Shown here: positions 18,124-27,528 of the stretch, in pieces
Numbering within the stretch: position 1 is the first letter of the stretch
How the letters are laid out: each line of letters starts with the position of its first letter
Origin: an uncultured delta proteobacterium
GTDB lineage: Bacteria > Myxococcota_A > Polyangia > Polyangiales > Polyangiaceae
Assembly (NCBI GenBank): GCA_963716725.1
Contig: CAVQUB010000012.1
Coordinates: forward strand, 96,001 to 160,000
Reading direction: 5' to 3'
DNA length: 64,000 nucleotides
Notes under the pieces: model-generated
What the model was told of the DNA's origin: nothing
Databases searched by the model: none
Seen by the model: the letters and a program-made list of their open reading frames with translations, nothing else
Made by a program: the position numbers and the translations under genes

Positions 18124-19248
18124 ATGCTGCGCATTGCCCTTCAGTCGCTGGCCCACGACCGGGGCAAGTTGGTGGCGTCCATCGCGGGTGTCGCCTTCGC
18201 GGCGACGCTGGTGCTGGCGCAGGTGGGGCTGTACGCGGGCTTCCTCGAGAGCTCGAGCGCCGTCATCCGCTACGTCGGAGGCGATGTTTGGGTCATGCCC
18301 AAGGGAACCGTCGTCGTCGACAACGGTGAACGGCTCAGCGCCGGGAGCCGCGAGATCGCATCGGCCCATCCCTGCGTCAAAAGCGTCCGCGGACTCGTGC
18401 TCTCGTTCCAGGCCCTCCGCAAGCCCAACGGCAGCCTGGAGGCCGTGCAGATCGTCGGCTTCGAGCCCAGCCCGGAGCGCGTATTGCCGTGGGCCATGGC
18501 CCGCGGGCTGCCCCAGGACTTGCACGCGCCCGGGCGCGTTGCGATTGACCGCCTCGACGTCGAGAAGCTCGCCATCGAAGGCGATCCCATCGGTGCCGAA
18601 CTCGGGATCGGTCGCGACTCCGTGCGGGTCGCGGCCATCACGGATGGGATCCGAGCTTTCACGCTGGCACCCTACGTATTCACCGAGCTCGACACCGCAC
18701 GCCGGCTCGCCATGCTCGGCGCCGACCAGTCGTACTATTGGGTGCTCGACCTGGCGCGTCCCGAGTGCACGGCGGAGGTCGTCGCGGCCGTCAGCCGACA
18801 CCCCGATCTGATCGCTCGGCGCACGGAGGACTTCCAGCAGCTGACCGAAGACTACTGGGTCGCCGGCTCCGGTGCGGGGACGGCCATCGGTTTCAGTGCG
18901 CTCTTGGGTCTCGTGGTCGGCGTCGTGATCGTGGGTCAGACGCTGTACGCCGTGACGAAAGAACATCTGCGCGAGCTCGCCACGCTCAAGGCGATCGGCG
19001 CTTCTCCGGCCGAGATCGTCAGTTTCGTGGCCTGGCAGGCGGCGTTCTTGGCCCTCATCGGCGGTGGTTTTGGCCTGCTGATGGCCTTTGGTGTGCGAAG
19101 TTGGGCCGTGGACTACGGCCTCACCATCGTGCTCTCGGGGCCCGTGCTGGCGGTCGGATGCGGAGCGGTGCTCTTGATGTGTGCCGTCGCAAGCTTGTGG
19201 AGCGTGCGCGCGGTGATGGCGCTCGAGGCCGCCGAGGTGTTTAGGTGA
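18124..19248 (+). CDS. ABC exporter permease (DevC/MacB-FtsX type)
   Basis: N-terminal TM, periplasmic domain, ELATLKAIGA motif, 3 C-terminal TMs. Confidence 0.9.
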   Translation: MLRIALQSLAHDRGKLVASIAGVAFAATLVLAQVGLYAGFLESSSAVIRYVGGDVWVMPKGTVVVDNGERLSAGSREIASAHPCVKSVRGLVLSFQALRKPNGSLEAVQIVGFEPSPERVLPWAMARGLPQDLHAPGRVAIDRLDVEKLAIEGDPIGAELGIGRDSVRVAAITDGIRAFTLAPYVFTELDTARRLAMLGADQSYYWVLDLARPECTAEVVAAVSRHPDLIARRTEDFQQLTEDYWVAGSGAGTAIGFSALLGLVVGVVIVGQTLYAVTKEHLRELATLKAIGASPAEIVSFVAWQAAFLALIGGGFGLLMAFGVRSWAVDYGLTIVLSGPVLAVGCGAVLLMCAVASLWSVRAVMALEAAEVFR

Positions 19249-19955
19249 CCAAGGCCCTCGTACGTTCCGTTGCCCTCGAGAAGACCTTCGGTGAGGGTGA
19301 GCTGGCGACTCCAGTTCTACGCGGCGTCTCCATCGAGGTGCTGGCGGGGGAGCTGGTCCTGCTCATGGGGCCGTCGGGTTCGGGCAAGACGACGCTGATT
19401 TCAATCCTCGCCGGGCTGCTGCGTCCCACGGCTGGGCGAGTCGAGCTTTGCGGATCGGCGATCTCCGAGCTGCACGAAGCGGATGTGACGCGTGTCAGAC
19501 GCCGGCATCTGGGATTCGTCTTTCAGAGCTACAATCTGTTCCCGGCATTGACCGCCCTGGACAACATCGCCGAAGTGCTGAAGCTCAAGGGGCTCCCGAG
19601 AAAGGATGCGCGAGAGCGAGCGAAGCGCGCGCTCGCGGAGGTCGGCCTGGCAGATCGGCTCCACCACCGGCCGGGCGAGTTGTCCGGTGGCCAGAAACAG
19701 CGAGTCGCAATCGCCCGGGCGCTGGCCGGGGATCCCGCGTTGATTCTGGGCGACGAGGTCACCGCTGCGCTCGACACGCACACCGCGCTGCAGGTGCTCG
19801 AGATCCTCCGCCGTCAGATCACGTCGGAGCGAGGCATACTCTTGGTCACCCACGACCGCAGGCTCGAGCAATACGCCGATCGAGTGATCGAGATCGAAGA
19901 CGGACGCATCGCCCGCGTCTTGCCCGGCGGCGCTGGCGCGGGAGCAGCGGCATGA
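19245..19955 (+). CDS. ABC exporter ATP-binding protein (LolD/DevA type)
   Basis: GPSGSGKTT, GFVFQ, LSGGQKQRVAIARAL, VTHD. Confidence 0.95.
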   Translation: MTKALVRSVALEKTFGEGELATPVLRGVSIEVLAGELVLLMGPSGSGKTTLISILAGLLRPTAGRVELCGSAISELHEADVTRVRRRHLGFVFQSYNLFPALTALDNIAEVLKLKGLPRKDARERAKRALAEVGLADRLHHRPGELSGGQKQRVAIARALAGDPALILGDEVTAALDTHTALQVLEILRRQITSERGILLVTHDRRLEQYADRVIEIEDGRIARVLPGGAGAGAAA

Positions 19956-21175
19956 AGCGGGTTGGTCGTTGGTGGATTGGCGCCCTGACGGTGATCGCGG
20001 CGGCTGGGGGCGGACTCTGGCTTCACGGCCGAGCGACGGCGGAGACGGCTCCCGTCGAAGCCGGCGAGGTCGGCGAGCGCATCGTTGCGCGCGCCGTCGT
20101 CGTCCCCCGCGAGGGCGTCGCCGAAGTCCGCTCGCGCAGCGACGGCAAGGTCGTCAAGGTCTTGGTGCGAGTCGGACAGACGGTGAGGTCCGGTGAGCTG
20201 CTGGCCGAGATTGAACCAGAGACCGTCGTGAGCGAAGTGGCGCGGCGTGAGGCCGAGCTCGACAGCCTGCGCGGGAGCGCGAGTTCGGTGGCGCAAGGCG
20301 CTCGCCCCGAGGAAGTCTCGCTCGCCGAGGCCGAGCTTCGCGCCACCAAGGAGGAGCTCGAGCTCGCCGAGACGCGAGCCGCGCGGGAACAGAAGCTGGT
20401 GGACCGGGGAGTGAGCCCGACGGCCGCTGTCGACGAGGCAAACCGGGCCCGTGGCGTGGCGCGTGCCCGAGTCGAAGCTGCCGATGCGCGCTTGCGCCTC
20501 GCCAAAGCTGGAGGACGCAAGAGCGAGATCACGTCGGCCAACGCTCGAGTCCGGGCCGCCCGGGCTGCCGTATCGCAAGCCAAACAGGAGCTCGACAAGA
20601 CCAGGATCCTCGCGCCGATTGCCGGCGTCGTGCTCTCGCGCGGCATCGATCCGGGGGACGTGATCGCGGGCAGTGCGGCCGGAGTTGGTGCGCCGGTCTT
20701 CGAGATCGCCGATGTGTCCAACGTCGAGCTTCAGATGGAGGTCGAAGAAGTGGACTCGTCCCGTCTGGTGGCCGGCCTCGAGGTTCGCGTGACGCCGTCG
20801 GGGCGGCCGGACACCATTGGCATGGGCACCGTCTCCAGAGTCGGCGCCCAGCTCCAGCGCCGCAGCATCGGGGCCTTCGACGCGCGGGAGCGTGGCGAGG
20901 GATGGGTGCGGGTAGGGTGGATCGACGTGCGCTGGGAGGACGACCGCGTCATGCCGCTCGGCCAGCGCGTCGAGGTTGTCGCCGAGCTGCCGCCGCGCAA
21001 GGTGACGGCGCGCGTGCCGCGTGAATCCGTTCGAGTCCGCAACGGCCGGGCAACGGTGGACCTGGTCTCGGGCCTCGGCTTTCGCGAGACGCCCGTGCGC
21101 CTTGGGGCCGCCGACGACACCCACGTCGAGGTCAGCGGGTTGCCCGTTGGAGCCCGCGTGCGGGCGCGCCACTAG
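19952..21175 (+). CDS. HlyD/membrane-fusion periplasmic adaptor
   Basis: N-terminal TM, lipoyl half-motifs (GKVVKVLVRVGQTV; ILAPIAGVV), coiled coil; ATGA overlap with the ATPase gene. Confidence 0.9.
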   Translation: MKRVGRWWIGALTVIAAAGGGLWLHGRATAETAPVEAGEVGERIVARAVVVPREGVAEVRSRSDGKVVKVLVRVGQTVRSGELLAEIEPETVVSEVARREAELDSLRGSASSVAQGARPEEVSLAEAELRATKEELELAETRAAREQKLVDRGVSPTAAVDEANRARGVARARVEAADARLRLAKAGGRKSEITSANARVRAARAAVSQAKQELDKTRILAPIAGVVLSRGIDPGDVIAGSAAGVGAPVFEIADVSNVELQMEVEEVDSSRLVAGLEVRVTPSGRPDTIGMGTVSRVGAQLQRRSIGAFDARERGEGWVRVGWIDVRWEDDRVMPLGQRVEVVAELPPRKVTARVPRESVRVRNGRATVDLVSGLGFRETPVRLGAADDTHVEVSGLPVGARVRARH

Positions 21176-21678
21176 TGCCGCGCGGCCGAAGTTCGAGTGG
21201 ATTCGCCCCTGGGACCTGCGCTCATTTGGGCTCTCACAGGAAGGGCGGAAGAGCGGAAGGATTTGGGGGGGGCAGGCGTGAGCCCCCGCAGGCCATTTCT
21301 GAGCGCGGTCACGTTGAAGTTGACGAGCAGGCCGCCAGGCAACTGCGAAAGGCGCAGATAGGTGATGACCTGCGCTTCGTGAATCGGGAGCAGCCGCTCG
21401 ACCGCCCCGAGCTCCAGGAGGATATGATCTGGAAGCGACCAGGTCGAGGCGATAGGCGCAGTCAAGGTGCACGCCTTTTTGGCGGATTGGTAGCGGATTG
21501 GTAGCGGTCGCTGCCGCTCGAACCTGAGCCGTCGTTCGGACAGCTCGGCAGATAGACAGGCCTCGTATGCGGATTCCATCTGCCCTGGACCGAGATGCCG
21601 ATGCACCTCGATCAGCGCACCGATCACCTCGTCCGTCCCATCCCCAAATCTTCCGAGCTTTCGCCCTTCCTGTGCCAT
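21172..21678 (-). pseudogene. GxxExxY protein, degenerate (two compensating frameshifts)
   Basis: EVHRHLGPGQMESAYEACL and HEAQVITYLRLS...GLLVNF; the middle is garbled by an 11-bp duplication plus a 1-bp shift; ELK motif is ELG. Confidence 0.8.
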
Positions 21679-21815
21679 CCCCGTGCGAGCGGAACCGTCG
21701 GACGACCACCGTGCGCTCGGCCCGCGAACGCGCTGTAGTCGATCATGTCACCCCACTACACCGACGACACGCACACGAAAAAGAAACCAGCGAAACTTCT
21801 GCCGCGCGCCACTAG
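21172..21815 (-). mobile_element. Non-autonomous IS630-derived element, copy A (644 bp), carrying a GxxExxY gene
   Basis: CTAG at both ends and about 22-bp terminal inverted repeats; an inverted near-copy of 58445..59513 lacking 436 bp of transposase sequence. Confidence 0.88.
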
Positions 21816-21825
21816 CCCAAACTCG

Positions 21826-22869
21826 TCACTTCGAATTCTGGGCCGCGAGATTCACCAACGGGGAGTTGTACGGATCGTACCCTTCTTGGCGGTCGACCAC
21901 CTTCATCGTTCTCGGATCCACGACCAGCCCGAGGGGCAGGCCGTTCGAGCCGGGACCCTTGAAGGTGAACGCGGGATCCACGCCGCAGCTCCACTCTTTG
22001 GCTTTGTAGGTGTTCTTCCACGACTCCGCGTGCTTGAGCTGCGCGGGGCTCCCGGAGTTGTCTTGGATGATCAGGGTCAGAACCTCGATGCCCTTCTGAC
22101 TCCAGCCCCCGGACATTTTCGAGTTCAGTGCCTGCGCCTCGGTCTTGCAGGCGCCGCACCAGAGCGCGGATTGGACCAGGAACAACGCGTGGATGCCGCG
22201 CTTGCCGTCGCAGTCGAAGTAGTCCGTGATCGAGATCGTCGACGCCGTACTGGAGCCGTCGACGAAGCCTTGCCACGACAGCTTTGGATCGAGGACCTTG
22301 CCCACGGAGGTCCCGTAGGGCCCGCTCGGATACACGCAGGTGCTTCCGCCGTTGCCGGTCCCGCCCCCGCCGGAGTTCACGACGCCGCCGTTGCCGCCGC
22401 CGCTGGTCGAGCCTCCGACATTTCCACTGCCGCCGTTGGAACCGCCGCCCCAACCGCCGCCGCTCGGGCTGCCACCGTTGGAACCGCCACCCCAGCCACC
22501 GCCGCTCGGGCTGCCGCCGTTGGAACCGCCGCCCCAACCGCCGCCGCCGGGGCTGCCGCCTCCGCCTTCTGAAAGACCACCACCCCCGCCAGCGGGCGGA
22601 GGTGGGTTCGGGGGCGGGGGAGGGCCTCCGGGTGGACCGCAGCTCTCGACGCACCCGACTTTGTCGCCGGTCGCGCAGATGCACGAGGCGATGCAGCCGG
22701 TGCACGCCGAGCACCCGCTCTCCGGTTCACAGCCTGGGGTGCCCACCCCGCCGCCCGCCCCGATTGCGCTCTCGTCCTCCTCTCCAACGCCCGACGGTTG
22801 TGCGCAGGCCGCGAGCACGAGGCTCGCAAAGACGGCGACTGCCGGCGTTCTCTTCCTGATCGCCGCCAT
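21826..22869 (-). CDS. Lipoprotein with Cys-rich N domain, GGGWGGG repeats and a thioredoxin-fold (TlpA-like) C domain
   Basis: LAAC lipobox, YPSGPYG, SALWCGACKTE CxxC, GLPLGLVVDPRTMKV. Confidence 0.85.
   Translation of the reverse strand: MAAIRKRTPAVAVFASLVLAACAQPSGVGEEDESAIGAGGGVGTPGCEPESGCSACTGCIASCICATGDKVGCVESCGPPGGPPPPPNPPPPAGGGGGLSEGGGGSPGGGGWGGGSNGGSPSGGGWGGGSNGGSPSGGGWGGGSNGGSGNVGGSTSGGGNGGVVNSGGGGTGNGGSTCVYPSGPYGTSVGKVLDPKLSWQGFVDGSSTASTISITDYFDCDGKRGIHALFLVQSALWCGACKTEAQALNSKMSGGWSQKGIEVLTLIIQDNSGSPAQLKHAESWKNTYKAKEWSCGVDPAFTFKGPGSNGLPLGLVVDPRTMKVVDRQEGYDPYNSPLVNLAAQNSK
22430..22560 (-). repeat. 42-bp coding tandem repeat, 3 copies (SP[SG]GGGWGGGSNGG)
   Basis: Three near-identical units containing gccgttggaaccgcc. 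Confidence 0.85.
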
Positions 22870-22927
22870 CGAGGGTCTGACCCCTCTCGACCGCCGACCT
22901 TGCAAAAGTTTGTGGGGCTTGGAGCGG

Positions 22928-24325
22928 CTAGGAGCGGCGGCGCCTGGCGGCAGCGACCAGCGTCAGCGCGAGGAGCCAGGGCACAGCCCCACCGGGGGCC
23001 GGGCTCGTTCGGCAGCCGCAGCCGCCATCGTCGTTGGCCTCTCCGCCGGTCGGCAAGCCGGCGTCGGCCGGTCCGGAGCCCCGGCCCTGGCCCGAGAGCG
23101 CCACTTTGATGAAGCGCGCGTCCGGATCGTTGGTGACCAGGGTCAGCACGCTGCTCGCCTTGCCGGGTGCGGCCGGTGAGAACTTCACCGAATAGGTCCC
23201 CGACTGCTGTGAGGCGACCAGGACCTCGGCCGTGGTCGACGAGAATGCTTTGGACTCCCCCGAGTCGAAGAAGCCGGCGGCGCGCGCCTTGGCCTCGCCG
23301 ACGTTGCTCAGGGTCAGCGTCAGGGTCTTCGACTCGCCGACGTCCACGGCGCCGAACTCGAGCTCCGGCGCCACCTGCTCGAGATCGGGCAGGGGGACAT
23401 GCACGCGCAGCGGATCGAAGACGAAGTCCTGCTTGCCGACGTCGAAGGAGACCGGGATGTCTACCACCGGGATGTTGAAGTCCTTGCCCAAGACCTTGAC
23501 GAAGAAGGTCGGGATCAGGTGCAGCGTGCCGGCGTAGTCCACTCGCCCCTCCGGGAAGACGTCGTATTCGACGAACGCGCCGCCGAGAAAAGCACGCGTG
23601 GTCGTGCCGCCGGCGCTGGTGATGGGCGCTTCGGTCACTTTTGCCGGTTCGATGCGGATGCGCTCGGTCTGGTAGGTGGCGGTCAGATCTCCCGAGACGT
23701 CCAGGGCAACGCCGCCCTTGCTGATCTGGCTGGGGATGCCCAGCATGTCGAGCAGATTGACCTCGAACATGCGTAGCTTGGGGCTCTTGCCGGTCGCCTT
23801 CGCGACGCTCGGAGCGAAGGCCCAGGGTGTGAACTTCGTCTCGGCCTTCAGGTGAAAATCGATCTGCGGGACGTAGGGGATGTTTCCCTCCCACTTCACC
23901 GGCACGCCGATCACCGACACGTCGAGCTTGGCTTTCGCCCCGAGCTCGAGGCCGTAGTCGAACTTCAGCAGGCCGTGGGTTCCGCCTGGCGTCGCGAGCG
24001 TCATGGCTTCGGGCCAGGTCGTCTCCAGGGCGCCGTCGAGCTCGACCGTGGTGCTCGCCGGGATCTTCAGGAAGAAGCGCACCTGGAGATCGCTGCCCTG
24101 GGGGACCCAACCCGTGTCGAAGTCGAAGGCGACTGGGAGGGAAATCGTCTTGGCGTAAGCGAGCTTCGCCGTCGTGCACTCGAGGTCCGTCTCGCTGCAG
24201 TAGGTCGCGAGCACATCCCAGGGATCCGCTCCCCCGTCGCCCGCTCCGCCATCGGCCAGCGCCGGTGTGCCCCACGCCGCTCCGGCCAGCGTGGCGACGG
24301 TCAATGCCCGGATGAACTCACGCAC
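22928..24325 (-). CDS. Secreted protein with an Ig-like (choice-of-anchor D/ASH) domain and MYXO-CTERM tail
   Basis: Signal peptide, LEFGAVDVGESKTLTLTLSNVG...TNDPD, DDGGCGC...RRR. Confidence 0.85.
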   Translation of the reverse strand: MREFIRALTVATLAGAAWGTPALADGGAGDGGADPWDVLATYCSETDLECTTAKLAYAKTISLPVAFDFDTGWVPQGSDLQVRFFLKIPASTTVELDGALETTWPEAMTLATPGGTHGLLKFDYGLELGAKAKLDVSVIGVPVKWEGNIPYVPQIDFHLKAETKFTPWAFAPSVAKATGKSPKLRMFEVNLLDMLGIPSQISKGGVALDVSGDLTATYQTERIRIEPAKVTEAPITSAGGTTTRAFLGGAFVEYDVFPEGRVDYAGTLHLIPTFFVKVLGKDFNIPVVDIPVSFDVGKQDFVFDPLRVHVPLPDLEQVAPELEFGAVDVGESKTLTLTLSNVGEAKARAAGFFDSGESKAFSSTTAEVLVASQQSGTYSVKFSPAAPGKASSVLTLVTNDPDARFIKVALSGQGRGSGPADAGLPTGGEANDDGGCGCRTSPAPGGAVPWLLALTLVAAARRRRS

Positions 24326-24400
24326 GGCCCCGAGATTACCACGGAATTAGCGCGCACGCGTTGAAGGAGGCCCCGCCGTGAGTTATGGGTTCGCCTCTCC

Positions 24401-24823
24401 GTGGCCACGTCCGAAGCCGAAATAGAAGCCCGCGTCCGCCGTTGGGACGCTCTGGGCATGATCGTATCCATCGCCTGCGTGGTCCACTGCGTGGCGCTTC
24501 CCCTCGCCCTCGGGCTCTTGCCGGCCCTCGGGCTCTCGTTCCTCGCGAACGAGGGCGTGCACGAGGTGCTGGCCGTCGTGGTCGTGGTTGTTGCCCTGTT
24601 GGCCTTCGTCCCCGGCTACCGGGTGCACCACGCTCGGTACGTACCGGCCGTCGGCGCCATCGGCGTCGCCCTGTTGACCGGTGCTGCCTTCGCCCCCGGC
24701 CTATCAGTGGTGATCGAGTCGGTCGTGACGGCCTTTGGAGGCACTGTGCTCGTGACCGCTCACGTGCTCAACCACCGTGCGCTGGCCCGTGCACACGTTC
24801 ACACTCCAGAGTGCTCGCACTGA
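24401..24823 (+). CDS. MerC-domain membrane protein (metal transport)
   Basis: DALGMIVSIACVVHCVALP, 4 TMs, AHVLN motif, His/Cys tail. Confidence 0.85.
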   Translation: MATSEAEIEARVRRWDALGMIVSIACVVHCVALPLALGLLPALGLSFLANEGVHEVLAVVVVVVALLAFVPGYRVHHARYVPAVGAIGVALLTGAAFAPGLSVVIESVVTAFGGTVLVTAHVLNHRALARAHVHTPECSH

Positions 24824-24824
24824 G

Positions 24825-27308
24825 TCACCCCGGGGTTGCCTCCAAGGCCCGCCGATACCGTTCTCGACGCAGCTGGTCCGAGAGGATCTCGTAGGCCTCG
24901 TCCAAGACCTCGAGGATCAGGTCGACGTCCTCCCGGAAGGTGGCCGTACTGGCGGTGAGGATCCGGCTCGGCTCGAACTCGAGGCGCAGATCGGAGTACG
25001 CGCGCTGCACGTCGTAGGTCGTCGCGGTCTTGGCCACACCGAGCAAGGCGAAGTAGTCCCCCTCTTCTACCAGGCACTTGCGCGCCTGGATCCGCGCGCG
25101 CAGCGCCAGTTCATCGAGCTCGTCGTACTGTCGCGGTGCCTCTGCTCGCGGCGACGGCGAGCTGAGCGCCGGTGACGAGATCTCGAGCACGCCGAGTTGC
25201 GTCAGCGCATACAGGACAGCGAGCAGATCGCTCGGAGCGCCTGCCCCCAGGACTTCGCCGAGCGCGGCTGCCTTGGAGCGCACCACCCACGCGGTCTCGT
25301 CGGCGGACAGCGCGCACTCGGTGAGCAGGGCGGGGTTCGGGCCATCCGCGAGCTGGGCGCGGGGGCCCCCGAGGCGCGACTCGGCCTCGCCGGGAGCGAC
25401 CACCCGGCGCACGATTTCGACGTACACCTCGGCGCCGGTGGCGCCCCCGAACACCGCAGGCTCCGCCTGCAATCGCGCAGGGACCTCGCGCTCGAGTCCG
25501 GCCGAGCCGGCGGTCATCTCGAGGGCGCGGGCTACGAGCCACTCCGCGTGGGCTCGGAGCACCGGCCACAGCTCGTCTTGGCGCAGGTGCCCATGGGCGA
25601 TGAGCGCTGCGCCGGCGTGTCGTCCGAAGGCTGCGAGCTTGTGTCCCAGTGACTTCTGTACTTCGGGCGAGAGCGTTCCGCGCTCGGTCAAGAACGCGAC
25701 CAATGACTCGCTGGCGATGCCGGAGGCCGCCGTGACGAAGTCGCCGTCGCGCAGCACGATGCGCCGGATCCCCGCGTCGGATTCGAAGGCGACCGCACCG
25801 GAGAAGCGCGAGCGAATCGCGCGGGCCAGGCCCCGGGCGCTGTCGCCGCGCCCCAGCGCTTGCGGGATCTCCAGGGGCGCCGTTGGTGCGGGCTCGAACG
25901 CGACAGAGGCAGGCGCGGGGACGTCGACTCGCGTCGAGCGGTCGAGTCGAAGCCCGTCGGGCGTTGGTGCGGGCGGCATCGGCGTCGGGCGGAACACTGC
26001 GGTGTGGGCGTCCGGATCACGCACGCTCATCGGTCGCACCTCGACGCTGGTCATCGCGCCAGGGGCGCTCGCCGAGGGCGGTGCCGGCGCGACGGGCTCG
26101 TGGGGACGCGAAGCGATGCCGAGAGGCGCCTTCGGAAATTCCTCCGCGTGCGACTCGATCACGAGCCCGGCGAAGTTCTCCCGCGCGGGGGGCGCGACCG
26201 TGGGACCCGGGACGGGAGCCGCGTCACTCGTGGGCGTCAGCAAGGGACCCAGCGCGCCGACGCCGGTGCGGCCCCCCGCTGTCCCCGAAGCAGTGAGCAT
26301 GCCCGTTCTCGCGCTGCCGCCCGAGCTCGAGCCGGAGCCCGTTCCCGCCTCGTCCTCGTCCTCGTCGTCGATGTCGAGAGGCTCGTCGAGGGCCGAGAGC
26401 ACGTCGGCCGGGAGTACTGCATCCACCTCGTCGTCGGGGGAGAGACGCAGGGATTCGGGCGGTCGCTGGGAGGCGCCCGTGCCGCCGATGCGTTGCTCGG
26501 CCCGGGCCAGGATGCTCTCGAGCTCGGGGCTGATCTCCGATCTGAACACCCGGCGCCCGGCGGCGCTGCCCGCGCCGTCCGGCTCCACGCCGAAGCCGAG
26601 GGGGATCGGGCGCGGCAAGATGGGCTCGGGTGCCGGCATCGAGCTGTGAAGCTCTGGTGGCACTGAAGCGTGCGCTGGTGGCAGCGAGCTCGGACCGGAG
26701 TCGGGCACGGGGGACGGCCGGGCTGGCGGCCGCGGCGGAGTCGTCGACGCGATGGCGCCGCTGGGTGACGCGGGCGGCGTCGGCGGAGGCGATGACGCAA
26801 GGTCCGAGGATCGCGGCGCGCGGCTCGAATCAGGCCCGCTGCGCGGCAGAGCAGCGGGGGGGCGACTCGACGGCCCCCCGCCGCGGCGTGAGGGATCGGG
26901 TGCGCAAGGCGGTCCGATCAACGCCTCGACTTTTCGCAAGAGTCCGAAGGTGTCCACGGGGCGGACGAAGAAGCCGCTCGACTCGTGGAAAACCTCGTCG
27001 CGAAGCTCGTCCAGCGATCGACTCGGCAGACCGAAGAACACCACGTCGACTTGGTTCGCGCCGGGCACCTCGCGCAGTCTTCGAACTTGCTCGAGTGCGG
27101 GGGTAGCGTCCACGTCGCACAAGATCAGCGCGGGCTTCTGGACCGAGACGCGTCCCACGAGCAGCGCGAGGGGCACTTCGACCACAGCGTACCCGCGGCT
27201 CCGAAGCGCGCTCATCAGCCTTTCGGCTTCAGCCGAAGCGTCGCTCATGAAGATGAGCTGATCGTCGCGCGGTGCGCCGGACCCACCGCCCGAGAATTCG
27301 GAACCCAC
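24825..27308 (-). CDS. Multidomain signalling protein: receiver-like domain, Pro-rich linker, DUF4388-like domain, degenerate J domain
   Basis: LILCDVDA...FFVRP receiver; RFSGAVAF...RIVLRDG; DYFALLGV...AYEILSD...RERY. Confidence 0.8.
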   Translation of the reverse strand: MGSEFSGGGSGAPRDDQLIFMSDASAEAERLMSALRSRGYAVVEVPLALLVGRVSVQKPALILCDVDATPALEQVRRLREVPGANQVDVVFFGLPSRSLDELRDEVFHESSGFFVRPVDTFGLLRKVEALIGPPCAPDPSRRGGGPSSRPPAALPRSGPDSSRAPRSSDLASSPPPTPPASPSGAIASTTPPRPPARPSPVPDSGPSSLPPAHASVPPELHSSMPAPEPILPRPIPLGFGVEPDGAGSAAGRRVFRSEISPELESILARAEQRIGGTGASQRPPESLRLSPDDEVDAVLPADVLSALDEPLDIDDEDEDEAGTGSGSSSGGSARTGMLTASGTAGGRTGVGALGPLLTPTSDAAPVPGPTVAPPARENFAGLVIESHAEEFPKAPLGIASRPHEPVAPAPPSASAPGAMTSVEVRPMSVRDPDAHTAVFRPTPMPPAPTPDGLRLDRSTRVDVPAPASVAFEPAPTAPLEIPQALGRGDSARGLARAIRSRFSGAVAFESDAGIRRIVLRDGDFVTAASGIASESLVAFLTERGTLSPEVQKSLGHKLAAFGRHAGAALIAHGHLRQDELWPVLRAHAEWLVARALEMTAGSAGLEREVPARLQAEPAVFGGATGAEVYVEIVRRVVAPGEAESRLGGPRAQLADGPNPALLTECALSADETAWVVRSKAAALGEVLGAGAPSDLLAVLYALTQLGVLEISSPALSSPSPRAEAPRQYDELDELALRARIQARKCLVEEGDYFALLGVAKTATTYDVQRAYSDLRLEFEPSRILTASTATFREDVDLILEVLDEAYEILSDQLRRERYRRALEATPG

Positions 27309-27528
27309 GGTGCCAGCAGTCTACGTTAGAAGCGGGGCATGGCGCGATCTTCAGGCCCGGATCAGCGATCCGCCCACCTGTCCGACAGGGCGGCGCCGAG
27401 GGTGGCCCCAAAGCGCGGCCACCACCCCGCCGTCAGTACGGCGATGACCACGAATCCGACCACGAAGGCCTCACCCGACGTGAGCCCGAGCATGACCCAT
27501 CGATAACGCGCTACCCTGGTCCCCTGCA

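Noticed and set aside
12508..22560. CRISPR array in the short tandem repeats
   Set aside because: The repeats are in-frame Gly-rich linkers without unique spacers, and no cas genes are present
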